Shown here piece after piece: positions 1-9,721 of a stretch of 64,000 nucleotides of DNA. Source of the DNA: Patescibacteria group bacterium (GTDB lineage: Bacteria; Patescibacteriota; Saccharimonadia; Saccharimonadales; 2-12-FULL-41-12); contig JBBTSC010000001.1 in the NCBI GenBank assembly GCA_038064875.1, positions 123,004-187,003 on the forward strand. The letters run 5' to 3'. The notes below the pieces were generated by a model, which worked only from the letters and a program-made list of their open reading frames with translations, was not told the DNA's origin and did no database searches. Numbering within the stretch: position 1 is the first letter of the stretch; every line of letters starts with the position of its first letter. The position numbers and the translations under genes are program-made.

Positions 1-434
1 AAATTCAGATAATTACTGTTGGCAAAAAGCATGATCCAGAATTTGCAGGAAAGATTGAGGCTTACGAAAAACGTCTTCGGGGACAGTTGAAGTTATCTTG
101 GCAGATAATTCCCTCCAGCGACAAGCCAGCTGAATCGGTTAAGATCCTAGAGAAAATCAACAAGGATGATTACGCAATCTTACTTGATGAGCGAGGCGTT
201 TTGGTCAGTAATGCTCAGTTAGTCCAAGCTTTCGAACTTCTCTCCCAGCAGGCGAAGAGATTGGTGATTATCATTGGTGGTTCATACGGAGTAGATCAAC
301 CAGTATTCAACAGAGCTAACCAAATTGTGGCTTTATCCGGGCTTGTTCTTCCCCATCAAGTTGTTCGACTGATAGTTATTGAGCAAATTTATCGGACAGT
401 ATCAATAATGAATAATCAAAATTATCATCATTAA
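1..434 (+). CDS. rlmH: 23S rRNA (pseudouridine1915-N3)-methyltransferase RlmH; N-terminus cut by window edge
   Basis: Frame open from nt 3 (IQIITVGKKHDPEF...) into listed ORF 87..434. SPOUT/RlmH pattern: LLDERG, IIIGGSYG, LPHQVVRL, EQIYR. Confidence 0.85.
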   Translation, partial: IQIITVGKKHDPEFAGKIEAYEKRLRGQLKLSWQIIPSSDKPAESVKILEKINKDDYAILLDERGVLVSNAQLVQAFELLSQQAKRLVIIIGGSYGVDQPVFNRANQIVALSGLVLPHQVVRLIVIEQIYRTVSIMNNQNYHH

Positions 435-447
435 ATAAGCGCTAGTT

Positions 448-3303
448 TTATTTCTTTGAACGAAGTTTTTTCAGCGCTATCAAGACGATCACTGCAAGTA
501 TCGGAGCAGATATTGCTAGAGGTGTAGCTATTTTACTCAGGGCAAATATTAGCACAGCAGTTAAAATTAACCAGCCAATACCTGTTTTTCGTGATATCTT
601 GGCACGTAAGAATTCACTACCGAGGTAGTAATATGGGAACACGGTAATAACCAAGAACGTACTTGAGAGCAGTCCACCAATAAGCACGACGGCCAGTCCT
701 TCCCAGAACGGGCTGGTGATAGCAAGTGGGATCAATGAGAACACAGCTGTTAGACTTGTAGCAATAAGTGGCCTGAACCTCTCTGCGAGCGCCTCGTGGG
801 CTGCGTCTACAGGGTTCATCCCTGATTTTCTAGCTTGGTTAGCATAGTCTGTCAATAAAATACTGTTCTTAATACTGAGGCCAATCAGAGCAAAGAGTCC
901 AAGCATAGCAAAGAAGCTAAATGCATTGTCAGTGATAAATAGTCCAAGCGTGATCCCAAATAAGCTAAACGGAAGGGCTAAGAATATGAGAAGTGGTTGG
1001 AGCATACTCTTGAATTGGAAGGCCAAGAATACATAGATCGCAAGAAGTAATATTGGGAATGCTAGAGCAAGTGTCTTGAAGCTATCTTGGTTCTCATCTT
1101 CTTGTCCGAAGTTGAAGCTCAAAGCATCTTTACCTACCCCGTAGCTTGCGACTTTGTCTTTAGGGAAGTTCTTTTCGACCGATTGTTGAGCCAAGGTTAC
1201 TAGGGTTGTGGTATCGTCGTCTACGAATGTTGCGGTAACTTCTATGTACTGTTTGTTATTCTCTCTGTTGAATATGCTAGAGTTAGACACTTCGACTGAT
1301 TTTAATTTTGCACTTGAACCGTCAATTCTCTTCAACTCGGTATTTTTGAGTTTATTTGAGATATCTTTAGCTAGTTGTATAGCACCGTCACGGTTTTCAC
1401 TAGAATCTATTCTTGCAGAAAAAGCTGCTGCTGGTGGTCCAGCGTCTACTTGACTCGCAGTTATTTTTGCCCCTTCAAAATTCTCAAATACATTATTCAA
1501 ATTATCTACAATAGCTGGGGCACGGATCTCTCGTTCAGTATATTTAGTGATATCTACGTAAGCGATAGCACTGTCAACAGTCCCCTGCCCGTAGTATGCA
1601 GTTTGTATAAAATTAGAGCCGATAGAATTACCAAGTATTTGGTTGGCTTTGTCGGTCGTATCCTCAGCTTGTTCTATTGTGGTATCAGGTGCAAATTTTA
1701 GACTGACCATGAGCTGGTTGGAGTCTTTGCTTGGTGGGAAAATATTGAATGTAACTTTTTGCATTAGGTAGCCACTTGTCCCAATAAATCCAAAACCAAT
1801 TATGAGCGCAACTATACCAACTCCGAAGAGCTTTTTGGTTGAACCTTTTGCCCACAGCATAGGAGCAGAGATAAATCTGGCAATAGAGGCTTCAAATCCT
1901 GCTGAGAATTCTTTCACGTTCTTCTCGCCAAGTTGTTTTTTGCCAAGAAGTATAAATTTCGCAAAGAACGGAATAAAAATGAGGGCAACAAGGAGGCTGA
2001 CAATAAGCGCAGAGATGATAGTTATTGGTATTGCTCGGATAAAGCTACCTAGTATTCCGCTTACAAAAAGCAGAGGTGCAAAACTAAGTGCTGCTGTCGC
2101 AGTGGCAGCGATCATGGCGCGACTAATCTTCTTTGTTGCTACAGACACTACTTCGCGGGCGTCTTTTCTCTTTTTGCGTTGGGCATCAATCGCTTCAACC
2201 ATAATGATCGTGTCATCAACGATCAACGAAAGTCCCAGAATAAGGGCAAACAGCGTGATTGTATTTAGGGTGTTGCCCGTGATCAATAGTATGGCATTGA
2301 CGATTGCAATGACAGTGACCATAGCGATGACCGTGATCAAGGACGCACGTATAGCTATCACTATTGAGCCTACGATCAGCACAGCCAAAAGACCTTCAAG
2401 AAGTGATTTTTGGAGTTCGCTAACCTGGTCGTTGATTTGTGAGGCAAAGCTGGCGCTGACAACCGCATCATAGTCAGAGAATTTTGAATCGGCATTTAAT
2501 TTGTTGAGCGCTTCTTGGACTTGTTTGTCTAGCTCAAGGTTATCAGCACCTTTCTTGGCGATAACTCCAATGCTAATTGAATTATGAAAAGCATTTTTCC
2601 CATCTTCTCTTTTGCCAAATCGATCAAAGTTCTTTTGAGTGGTTTGGGACTCACCTGTTAAAGGATTCGTAGCTGTCTCGAACGGGTCAATAATAGAGAC
2701 GTTCTCTACTAGGCTTAAGTTCTGAGATTGTATAAATGATGCAGCTTCTTTAGCTTTTGAAGCTAGTTCGGCTGTCGGTGTATCGTTGTCGCCATAGAAC
2801 GCAATAACCATATTATCGCCACGTGGAGTGAAGCCAAATTTGTAAGCTTCTATCTTGGTCTGAGCATTTTCTGGGAGGATCTTTTTATCAGCAATCTCTT
2901 GTCGGAGATTTGTGCTTTTTTCTTCAGCATTCGTCCCTTCTTCGTAAGAGATAACAACTGTGTAAAAATTATCAAAACTTTGTGCTTGTACGAGCTTCAC
3001 ACCCTCTTGTTTTAGTAAGAATTCGCTAAGAGGCTTGGATACTTCGTTGTCTACTTTCTGTGCATCATTGACCAGATAGGTACCTTGCGCAAATGCAAAT
3101 GGAGTCTGGATGCTCGGGAAACCTTCTCGTTTCAAAAATGTCGTATAACTGAGTGCGCCAAAGAGGAGCAGTGCTACCCAAATAATTGCTGTGAATCTGG
3201 TTCTGTCAAAAAAGAATAAGCTTAGCTTTTGTGATTTTGTATTACTTTCTTTTTGGATAGTCTTTTTTCTCTTAAATTTTGAAAATACGCCTTTTATCAT
3301 CAA
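448..3303 (-). CDS. RND-superfamily (AcrB-like) efflux permease
   Basis: 951 aa with multi-TM plus two large loop domains. RND motifs LSLIVDDTIIMVEAI and NSILLTDYAN. SD-like GGGAGA upstream. Confidence 0.8.
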   Translation of the reverse strand: MMIKGVFSKFKRKKTIQKESNTKSQKLSLFFFDRTRFTAIIWVALLLFGALSYTTFLKREGFPSIQTPFAFAQGTYLVNDAQKVDNEVSKPLSEFLLKQEGVKLVQAQSFDNFYTVVISYEEGTNAEEKSTNLRQEIADKKILPENAQTKIEAYKFGFTPRGDNMVIAFYGDNDTPTAELASKAKEAASFIQSQNLSLVENVSIIDPFETATNPLTGESQTTQKNFDRFGKREDGKNAFHNSISIGVIAKKGADNLELDKQVQEALNKLNADSKFSDYDAVVSASFASQINDQVSELQKSLLEGLLAVLIVGSIVIAIRASLITVIAMVTVIAIVNAILLITGNTLNTITLFALILGLSLIVDDTIIMVEAIDAQRKKRKDAREVVSVATKKISRAMIAATATAALSFAPLLFVSGILGSFIRAIPITIISALIVSLLVALIFIPFFAKFILLGKKQLGEKNVKEFSAGFEASIARFISAPMLWAKGSTKKLFGVGIVALIIGFGFIGTSGYLMQKVTFNIFPPSKDSNQLMVSLKFAPDTTIEQAEDTTDKANQILGNSIGSNFIQTAYYGQGTVDSAIAYVDITKYTEREIRAPAIVDNLNNVFENFEGAKITASQVDAGPPAAAFSARIDSSENRDGAIQLAKDISNKLKNTELKRIDGSSAKLKSVEVSNSSIFNRENNKQYIEVTATFVDDDTTTLVTLAQQSVEKNFPKDKVASYGVGKDALSFNFGQEDENQDSFKTLALAFPILLLAIYVFLAFQFKSMLQPLLIFLALPFSLFGITLGLFITDNAFSFFAMLGLFALIGLSIKNSILLTDYANQARKSGMNPVDAAHEALAERFRPLIATSLTAVFSLIPLAITSPFWEGLAVVLIGGLLSSTFLVITVFPYYYLGSEFLRAKISRKTGIGWLILTAVLIFALSKIATPLAISAPILAVIVLIALKKLRSKK

Positions 3304-3369
3304 TCTATCTCCCTCTAGTAAAATGTTACATATACTATATCAGCTCTGGACGCGGTTTAAAAAATTGTT

Positions 3370-4098
3370 TTAGCGGTATTCTGGGTTTTCAAAATCGAAG
3401 CGGGCACCGTCGTCCCATTTGTCTCGAAGGTTGCCGTAGGCAGGTATCCCCCCGGTGTTTTTTAGTAATTTTGCTATATGTAGTAAGTTCCAAGTCATAA
3501 AAGTTGTATTGCGATTGGTGAAATCGTTGTTTAGCCCAACTACGCTGCCGTCATCTAGTTTTTCTCCGTAGCTTGGCCCAGGTCCAGCCTCACCGATCCA
3601 TCCTGCATCTGATTGAGGAGGGATTGTATAACCAAGATGTTGCAGGCTATAGAGCACATTCATAGCACAGTGTTTAATGCCGTCTTCATTTCCTGTGATT
3701 AGGCAACCCCCGACCTTACCATAATATGCGTATTGCCCAGAAGAGTTGAGGATTGACGAGTTTGCGTAGAGTCGTTCGATAACTTTTTTCATCTCAGAGC
3801 TGTTGTCTCCGAGCCAAATTGGACCTGCCAAAATCAAAATATCTGCATCCATAACTTTTTTTTGAATTTCTGGCCACTGATCTTTTTTGAATCCGTGCTC
3901 AGTCATATCTGGGTAGACACCAGGCGCAATATCGTGATCGACAGACCTTATTAGTTCTGTTTTTACGCCGTGCTTTTTCATGATATTCAGACTAATATCA
4001 ATAAGTTTTTCAGTGTTGCTAACCTGTGGGGAGGGCTTGAGGGTGGCGTTGATAACCACAGCTTTTAGATCCGAGAAATCCCATTTTTTGTCTGACAT
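3370..4098 (-). CDS. flavodoxin-fold NAD(P)H-dependent FMN reductase family protein
   Basis: 242 aa. VVINATLKPSP and DILILAGPIWLGDNSS flavodoxin-like motifs. Starts 4 nt after the msrA stop. Confidence 0.6.
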   Translation of the reverse strand: MSDKKWDFSDLKAVVINATLKPSPQVSNTEKLIDISLNIMKKHGVKTELIRSVDHDIAPGVYPDMTEHGFKKDQWPEIQKKVMDADILILAGPIWLGDNSSEMKKVIERLYANSSILNSSGQYAYYGKVGGCLITGNEDGIKHCAMNVLYSLQHLGYTIPPQSDAGWIGEAGPGPSYGEKLDDGSVVGLNNDFTNRNTTFMTWNLLHIAKLLKNTGGIPAYGNLRDKWDDGARFDFENPEYR

Positions 4099-4102
4099 CG
4101 TA

Positions 4103-4639
4103 CTACCCCTTTATCCTGTGAGCAAAATCTGCTCTTAATTTAGACAGCTTTGGGTTTATTATAACCTGGCAATAAGCTTTTTCTGGATTATTTTTAAAAT
4201 AGTCATGATGATACTCTTCGGCAGGATAGAACTCTTCGAGTTTTTCTACTTGTGTGACGATCACGTCTTTCCAGAGAGCTTGAGTCTTTTTGATAGAATC
4301 TTGAATTGTTACTAATTGTTCATCTTCAGAATAAAAAATTACTGATCTGTATTGTCTTCCTATGTCATTTCCTTGTCTGTCTGGAGTCGTTGGGTCATGG
4401 ATAGCCCAGAAAATATCGAGTACTTCCCCGAGGTTAATTTTAGTAGTATCAAAGGTCACTTTTACCACCTCAGCATGATTAGTAAGTCCAGCGCAGACTG
4501 CGTCATAATTTGCTTCTTCTTGTTTGCCTCCGCTATAGCCCGGTTCGACTTTTACAACACCGATTATGAGCTGAAAAGATGCTTCCAGGCACCAAAAACA
4601 GCCACCACCCAGTACGATTGATTTACTCGATTTAACCAT
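4103..4639 (-). CDS. msrA: peptide-methionine (S)-S-oxide reductase MsrA
   Basis: GGGCFWC active-site motif. Start set at ATG 4639 (MVKSSKS), which overlaps the msrB stop in ATGGTTAA; the longer ORF to 4657 is less likely. Confidence 0.9.
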   Translation of the reverse strand: MVKSSKSIVLGGGCFWCLEASFQLIIGVVKVEPGYSGGKQEEANYDAVCAGLTNHAEVVKVTFDTTKINLGEVLDIFWAIHDPTTPDRQGNDIGRQYRSVIFYSEDEQLVTIQDSIKKTQALWKDVIVTQVEKLEEFYPAEEYHHDYFKNNPEKAYCQVIINPKLSKLRADFAHRIKG

Positions 4640-5027
4640 CTTTTTTCTCAAAATCAAGCGAACAAGAATTAATGCAGTAGCGCTGTCCGCCTTTGTCTAC
4701 CGGTCCATCGTCAAATACATGCCCAAGATGGGATCCGCAGCTGGCGCATGTTACTTCTTCTCTAACCATGCCATGACTATAATCAGTCGAGAGGACTATG
4801 TTTTTCTGATCCATTGGATTGGTAAAACTGGGCCAACCGCTACCTGAATCAAATTTTGTATCACTAGAAAACAGACGATGACCGCAGGCTATACACTTGT
4901 AGTCTCCGGATTCTTTGTTGTCTACATATGCTCCAGAAAAAGGCGCTTCAGTTCCCTTTTCCCGAGTGATTCGGTATTGTTCTGGAGTGAGCTTTTCTTT
5001 CCAGTACTCGTCAGATTTCATGCTCAT
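4632..5027 (-). CDS. msrB: peptide-methionine (R)-S-oxide reductase MsrB
   Basis: [26 protein letters not shown] and RYCINS motifs. Confidence 0.9.
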   Translation of the reverse strand: MSMKSDEYWKEKLTPEQYRITREKGTEAPFSGAYVDNKESGDYKCIACGHRLFSSDTKFDSGSGWPSFTNPMDQKNIVLSTDYSHGMVREEVTCASCGSHLGHVFDDGPVDKGGQRYCINSCSLDFEKKDG

Positions 5028-5111
5028 ACTCTTAATTATATAGGAAATTTTCGCATTTGATTTATCTTGCTAATGCTTGCATAATAGTCTATTTTGGTAG
5101 ATAATTGCAGA

Positions 5112-6059
5112 ATGACAGAAACAACAGCAGGTGTAGCACCGCAACAAGATTTAACTTTAGTAGTTACAGAGTCGGTCATTGCAAGAAGACGACGTGATAT
5201 ACAGCTTTTGCCTGAAGAACAAGCTATCCTCTACTTGCTTGGAGGAAGAGGCCCGATTGACACCCAACCTGCCACACCACAAGAAATAAGTGAGATTGAG
5301 TCCAGAGTGCCAGATTTAACGGTCCAGGTTGCTTATAGAGATGCCTTGCCACGAAATAGCTTTTCTGTGCCTTCGCCAGATGATGAAAGAGTAGATCAAG
5401 TAGCTCAGAGACTCCAGAGACTAGAGCTTGTGGGCCTAATAGCTGGGCTAGCTATATTTGAAAGTGATGGTGAGCTGGTAAAAAGAGATGCTCTTGAGGT
5501 TTCAGTGGTTTCCCTGCTGATCAATCATCCTGATTACAATGACATAGAATTAGACGCAATGGCAATTACCGACAAAGATGAGTCGGATCAAGAGACAGCT
5601 GGTGATAAAGGTGCGAAACTTATGTCTAGCCTAAGTGAGATGGAACAAAAAGTTGCCAAGCTATGGCACAAATCATCACCTAATATGGCAGAAGAACTCT
5701 TTATCGAAGATTCAACGGTGCGATCTCATAGGGTGAATGTAAATATTAAGGCTAAAAATCTTGGTTTGACTGATGATACAGTCGCAGTAGCTTTATTTGA
5801 ATCGGGCGATCTAGATATTAGCAGAGAAAGAATTGAGAGACTTGTTGAGAAGGTTGAGCCTCTATCAGGGCGTCAATTAGATTGCTTTAGGCTACAGATA
5901 CGAGGGATGACATATGAAGATATCGGCCGAGAATTATCAATTTCGCCTAGCACAGTCAGAGTTCATTTGCACAATACATCGAAGAAGTTGGGCGGTAGAA
6001 ACTCTAGAGAAAATGCTATTATTGCTCACTGTTCTGAACTGGTTGATTTTGTGCTATAA
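5112..6059 (+). CDS. transcription regulator with two tandem LuxR/GerE-type HTH domains and an unassigned N-terminal region
   Basis: C-terminal LSGRQLDCFRLQIRGMTYEDIGRELSISPSTVRVHLHNTSKKLG, plus an upstream second copy LSEMEQKVAKLW..MAEELFIEDSTVRSHRVNVNIKAKNLG. Start moved to ATG 5112 behind TTGCAT-17-GATAAT. Confidence 0.7.
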   Translation: MTETTAGVAPQQDLTLVVTESVIARRRRDIQLLPEEQAILYLLGGRGPIDTQPATPQEISEIESRVPDLTVQVAYRDALPRNSFSVPSPDDERVDQVAQRLQRLELVGLIAGLAIFESDGELVKRDALEVSVVSLLINHPDYNDIELDAMAITDKDESDQETAGDKGAKLMSSLSEMEQKVAKLWHKSSPNMAEELFIEDSTVRSHRVNVNIKAKNLGLTDDTVAVALFESGDLDISRERIERLVEKVEPLSGRQLDCFRLQIRGMTYEDIGRELSISPSTVRVHLHNTSKKLGGRNSRENAIIAHCSELVDFVL

Positions 6060-6070
6060 TCCACCTGAAG

Positions 6071-8755
6071 ATGTGGAAAGTGATTCGTCGCCTATTACCA
6101 AAACAAAAACTAACTATTTTTCAAAAATTTTCCCTATTTTTCTATGATCATTTTAAAGTAGGGTTTTTTATATGGATACTTATCTTAAGCTTTGGAGCCT
6201 TGTCGTATACAACGCTCATGACCCGAAAAGGCTTCCCCACCGTAAATGTTCCACTTAGCACAATAAGTGGAGTTTATGTCGTCGGGGATAAAGACAAAGT
6301 AGATCATGATCTCACAGAGCCGATTAGTAAAAAACTAGAAACGATTAATGGCGTTAAGTCTACAGATATTCGTGCTTTTGACAATAACTTTTTTGCCCTT
6401 GTTGAGTACGATGAAAACGTTGATCTGCCCAAGATTAGCTCTGAGGTGCAAAATTCAGTTAACAATCTTTCCCTGCCTGCCACAGCTCAGCTCGAATTCA
6501 AAGTTCTTGATGTTAGTAAATACAACCAAGCTTACGACATAATCGTCAGCGTCTATGATAAAAATGGCCAGCCAGTCAACGAAGCACAGGCTAGAGATAT
6601 CAGTCAACGCCTTTCATCAGTAAATGATGTTGCAAAAGCTGAAGTAATACCCCAGTCCAAGCAAGCGATAAGTCCTCTCGATGGATCTAAGATAGATCAA
6701 AAAGTTGCCTTTGACCGCGTTGGAAAGCGAGACGGCTCTCAGGATCGTGCGCAGGTGTATCAAAGCTACAGTGTTGGTATTGTCGGCACAAGCAAAGCGG
6801 ATGATCTAAGACTTTACGATGATGTTAGTGTCAAGATAAAAGAGATAAATAGCTCCGGAGACTTGAAGGTTGTAGTCTCTGCTGACTACGCAGAAGGTAT
6901 CCATGAGCAATTATCTAGTTTACAAGGAAGTCTGCTCGAAGGATTCTTGATAGTTATAATTATAAGTTTTGCTTTGATCAGTTGGCGGGCTGGGTTGTCC
7001 ACGGCGCTGAGCATGGTGACGGTACTACTTGCGACAGTTGGGCTTCTCTATGTATTTGGTTACACGCTCAACACTATCACCTTGTTTGGTTTAGTGCTGG
7101 CGCTGAGCTTAATAGTTGACGACACTACCATTGTCGCCGAGGCAATTGATGCTGCCAAAGGCAGACATCGAGACAAGCGTGAAGCTATCAAAGAAGCAAT
7201 TTCCAAGGTAGCTAGAGCCAGTATGACCGGTACATTTGTGACCTGTCTGGCATTTGCTCCGATGTTATTTATCAGTGGGATATTGGGTAGTTTTATCAAA
7301 GTTATGCCAATAACCATCATTACTGCTATCATCCTGTCCTTGGTCGTATCTCTTGCTTTGATACCTCTTTTGTCGCGAAAACTTATTCTTGCAGGGAGTA
7401 CAAAAAATATTAATCCAGTGACAAAGATCGAGGTAAAAATCAGGGATTGGCTCGTTGCCAATATCTTGAAGACGAGAGACTCCTTTACATTAAAAGTCAC
7501 GATGGCAATACTATCAATTACGCTCGCTGTGTGCTCGATCGGGGCTTCATTTTATATATTCTCAACTCTGAAGTTCGATATCTTCCCTGCTCCAAAAGAT
7601 GGCAATGAGCTTATGTTGACCATCAAATTTGACGAAGGTACGAGCGTCGCTAAAGCCGAAGAAATAACAGATGAGGTTAATGATAGGCTCGCCAAAGCAC
7701 TTAATTCTTATGTTGAGAGGATAGCCTATACCAATAACGCTGATAACAGGCATGCTGTCGCGGTAATCACCTTGACACCTTATAGGGATAGGCAACTCAG
7801 CTATGTTCAACTCAAAGATTCAGCCAATGCAGTTATTGGTTCAGTGAGTGGCGCTAAAACCAAAGTAGATCTTTTGGCTGCTGGTCCACCGAAAGACGAC
7901 GAGCCACTTAGTATTAGGATTACTTCAGAAGATAGCCAAAAGGCACTGGTACTCGCACAAGATATTGTTAAATCTATCAACAATAAAGAATTAACACGCG
8001 TAAATGGCACCAAGGCAAAAATAATCCAACCAAACATCGTCAACCAGCTTTCTACGACCAGGTATGATTCTGCAAAAGTTATTGAGGTCAAAGCTAAATT
8101 TGATGCAGATGATGTTTCTCAGCTTGTTCAGCTAGCTCAGAGTGATATCAATAAAGAATATACAGATGAAAAAGTTGCGAGCTATGGTCTAGCCAAAGAT
8201 GCGCTAAAATTTGACTTTGGTAACGAGACAGATAATCAAGAGTCGTTTGGGTCTATGGTAAAAGCATTCCCTATCCTTCTAATCGTGATGTATCTTTTGA
8301 TGCTACTGCAATTTAGGAGTTTTATTCAGCCACTCCTAATATTTTTGGCGATTCCATTCAGCTGGCTTGGTGTTGCTCTTGGGCTTAAACTCAGTGAAAA
8401 TCCAATCAGCTTCTTCGTGTTAGTTGGCTTTTTTGCTCTGATTGGAATTGCAGTCAACAACACTATTCTTCTAACAGACTACGCAAATAGAGAGATTCGA
8501 AACGGTAAATCTCACGTTGAAGCAATTGCCGAGGCTTTGAAGAACAGGTTCCGCCCGCTACTGACTACCAGTGTTACTAGTGTAGCAGCGCTTATACCTC
8601 TTACTCTGACTGATCCTTTCTGGGAATCGCTTGCTATAACATTGATGGCAGGTCTAATATCAAGTACAATTCTAGTTGTGCTTACCTTCCCTTATTTCTG
8701 GCTCATGACAGAGTTTGTGCGTGGTAAGACAATGGCAATATTCGGCAAGAAATAA
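6071..8755 (+). CDS. RND-superfamily (AcrB-like) efflux permease, paralogue of 448..3303
   Basis: 894 aa. LSLIVDDTTIVAEAI and NNTILLTDYAN motifs. Starts 11 nt after the regulator. Confidence 0.8.
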   Translation: MWKVIRRLLPKQKLTIFQKFSLFFYDHFKVGFFIWILILSFGALSYTTLMTRKGFPTVNVPLSTISGVYVVGDKDKVDHDLTEPISKKLETINGVKSTDIRAFDNNFFALVEYDENVDLPKISSEVQNSVNNLSLPATAQLEFKVLDVSKYNQAYDIIVSVYDKNGQPVNEAQARDISQRLSSVNDVAKAEVIPQSKQAISPLDGSKIDQKVAFDRVGKRDGSQDRAQVYQSYSVGIVGTSKADDLRLYDDVSVKIKEINSSGDLKVVVSADYAEGIHEQLSSLQGSLLEGFLIVIIISFALISWRAGLSTALSMVTVLLATVGLLYVFGYTLNTITLFGLVLALSLIVDDTTIVAEAIDAAKGRHRDKREAIKEAISKVARASMTGTFVTCLAFAPMLFISGILGSFIKVMPITIITAIILSLVVSLALIPLLSRKLILAGSTKNINPVTKIEVKIRDWLVANILKTRDSFTLKVTMAILSITLAVCSIGASFYIFSTLKFDIFPAPKDGNELMLTIKFDEGTSVAKAEEITDEVNDRLAKALNSYVERIAYTNNADNRHAVAVITLTPYRDRQLSYVQLKDSANAVIGSVSGAKTKVDLLAAGPPKDDEPLSIRITSEDSQKALVLAQDIVKSINNKELTRVNGTKAKIIQPNIVNQLSTTRYDSAKVIEVKAKFDADDVSQLVQLAQSDINKEYTDEKVASYGLAKDALKFDFGNETDNQESFGSMVKAFPILLIVMYLLMLLQFRSFIQPLLIFLAIPFSWLGVALGLKLSENPISFFVLVGFFALIGIAVNNTILLTDYANREIRNGKSHVEAIAEALKNRFRPLLTTSVTSVAALIPLTLTDPFWESLAITLMAGLISSTILVVLTFPYFWLMTEFVRGKTMAIFGKK

Positions 8756-8775
8756 CTAATCGGGAAAAATACCAA

Positions 8776-9720
8776 ATGAAAAAAAACTTTCTACACTTCC
8801 AGCACCGCAGGCATTCAGGCTCAGTTTTGCACCACCGACATACTTCTTATCGAGCGATGTTAGCAGTGCTTATTCTAGCCGGCATATTCATGATATGGAT
8901 CGCAAATTACGTAGGTACTGTCGACAAGCAGATAAAAAGCCAGGTTAGTCAAACTGCTCCTCTTCCAGATAAGATACCTTTCATAACAAATCCCATTATT
9001 GGCGCTGAAATTACAGACGATAATATTGAAGTAGTCGGCACTTGTTCAAATAACACAAAGACCTACGTTATTATCTACAATTCATCAGAGGTCGTAGGGT
9101 CTTCAGTTTGCTCATCGACGGGTAATTTCTCGTCGTCTGTTCCCGCAGAATACGGCGTAAATAAATTAAGTGCAGTTGCTATAAATATTAACAATCAAGC
9201 AACCTCTCGCAGTGTCGAAACCAATGCCAATAGAGCTGGAACAGTGGATGGCAATAGTGTGCGTATCAAAGTACAAAACCCGGTTATTCATTATAAGCCT
9301 GGCGAAGAGTTCGTTTTGACTATCGGTGTCCAAAGAGGAGCTGAGCCAATCACTGGGAAAATTAGTTGGGGAGATTCTCAGAGTCAGGATATCTCGTTCT
9401 CAAGTGGCAGATTAGAGCTCAAGCACACATATAAGGACAACGAAACGCGCACGATCAACGTAATGGTAAAAGATAATGCTGGAGTCACCAAGAACTATAT
9501 GTTTGTGGCAGATGATATCACGGACTATGTTAGCCCTGTAGGCTCTACTGCATCGTCCACAGGTTCTGCTATAGCGTTGGGCAGTAAATCAGCTGAATTT
9601 ATTAGGATTGTAGCCTTTAGTCTATACACGGTACTTGCTATTAGTATTGTTCTTTTTGTGAGGCATCAGCGATTCGCTCCGGAAATTATTACTTTGCCCG
9701 AAGATTTTGATAATAACTAG
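8776..9720 (+). CDS. membrane-anchored protein with PKD/Ig-like domain
   Basis: N-terminal TM (AMLAVLILAGIFMIWIA). PKD-like ISWGDSQ...KHTYKDNETRTINVMVKDNAGV. C-terminal TM. Confidence 0.55.
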   Translation: MKKNFLHFQHRRHSGSVLHHRHTSYRAMLAVLILAGIFMIWIANYVGTVDKQIKSQVSQTAPLPDKIPFITNPIIGAEITDDNIEVVGTCSNNTKTYVIIYNSSEVVGSSVCSSTGNFSSSVPAEYGVNKLSAVAININNQATSRSVETNANRAGTVDGNSVRIKVQNPVIHYKPGEEFVLTIGVQRGAEPITGKISWGDSQSQDISFSSGRLELKHTYKDNETRTINVMVKDNAGVTKNYMFVADDITDYVSPVGSTASSTGSAIALGSKSAEFIRIVAFSLYTVLAISIVLFVRHQRFAPEIITLPEDFDNN

Positions 9721-9721
9721 T

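Noticed and set aside
1208-2473. Plus-strand ORFs (81, 108, 223 aa) inside the RND gene; similar antisense ORFs lie inside 6071..8755, atpA, cyoA/B and the ParB-like gene
   Set aside because: They lie antisense to long, motif-bearing genes and have low-complexity or hydrophobic shadow-frame composition, with no promoter or SD.
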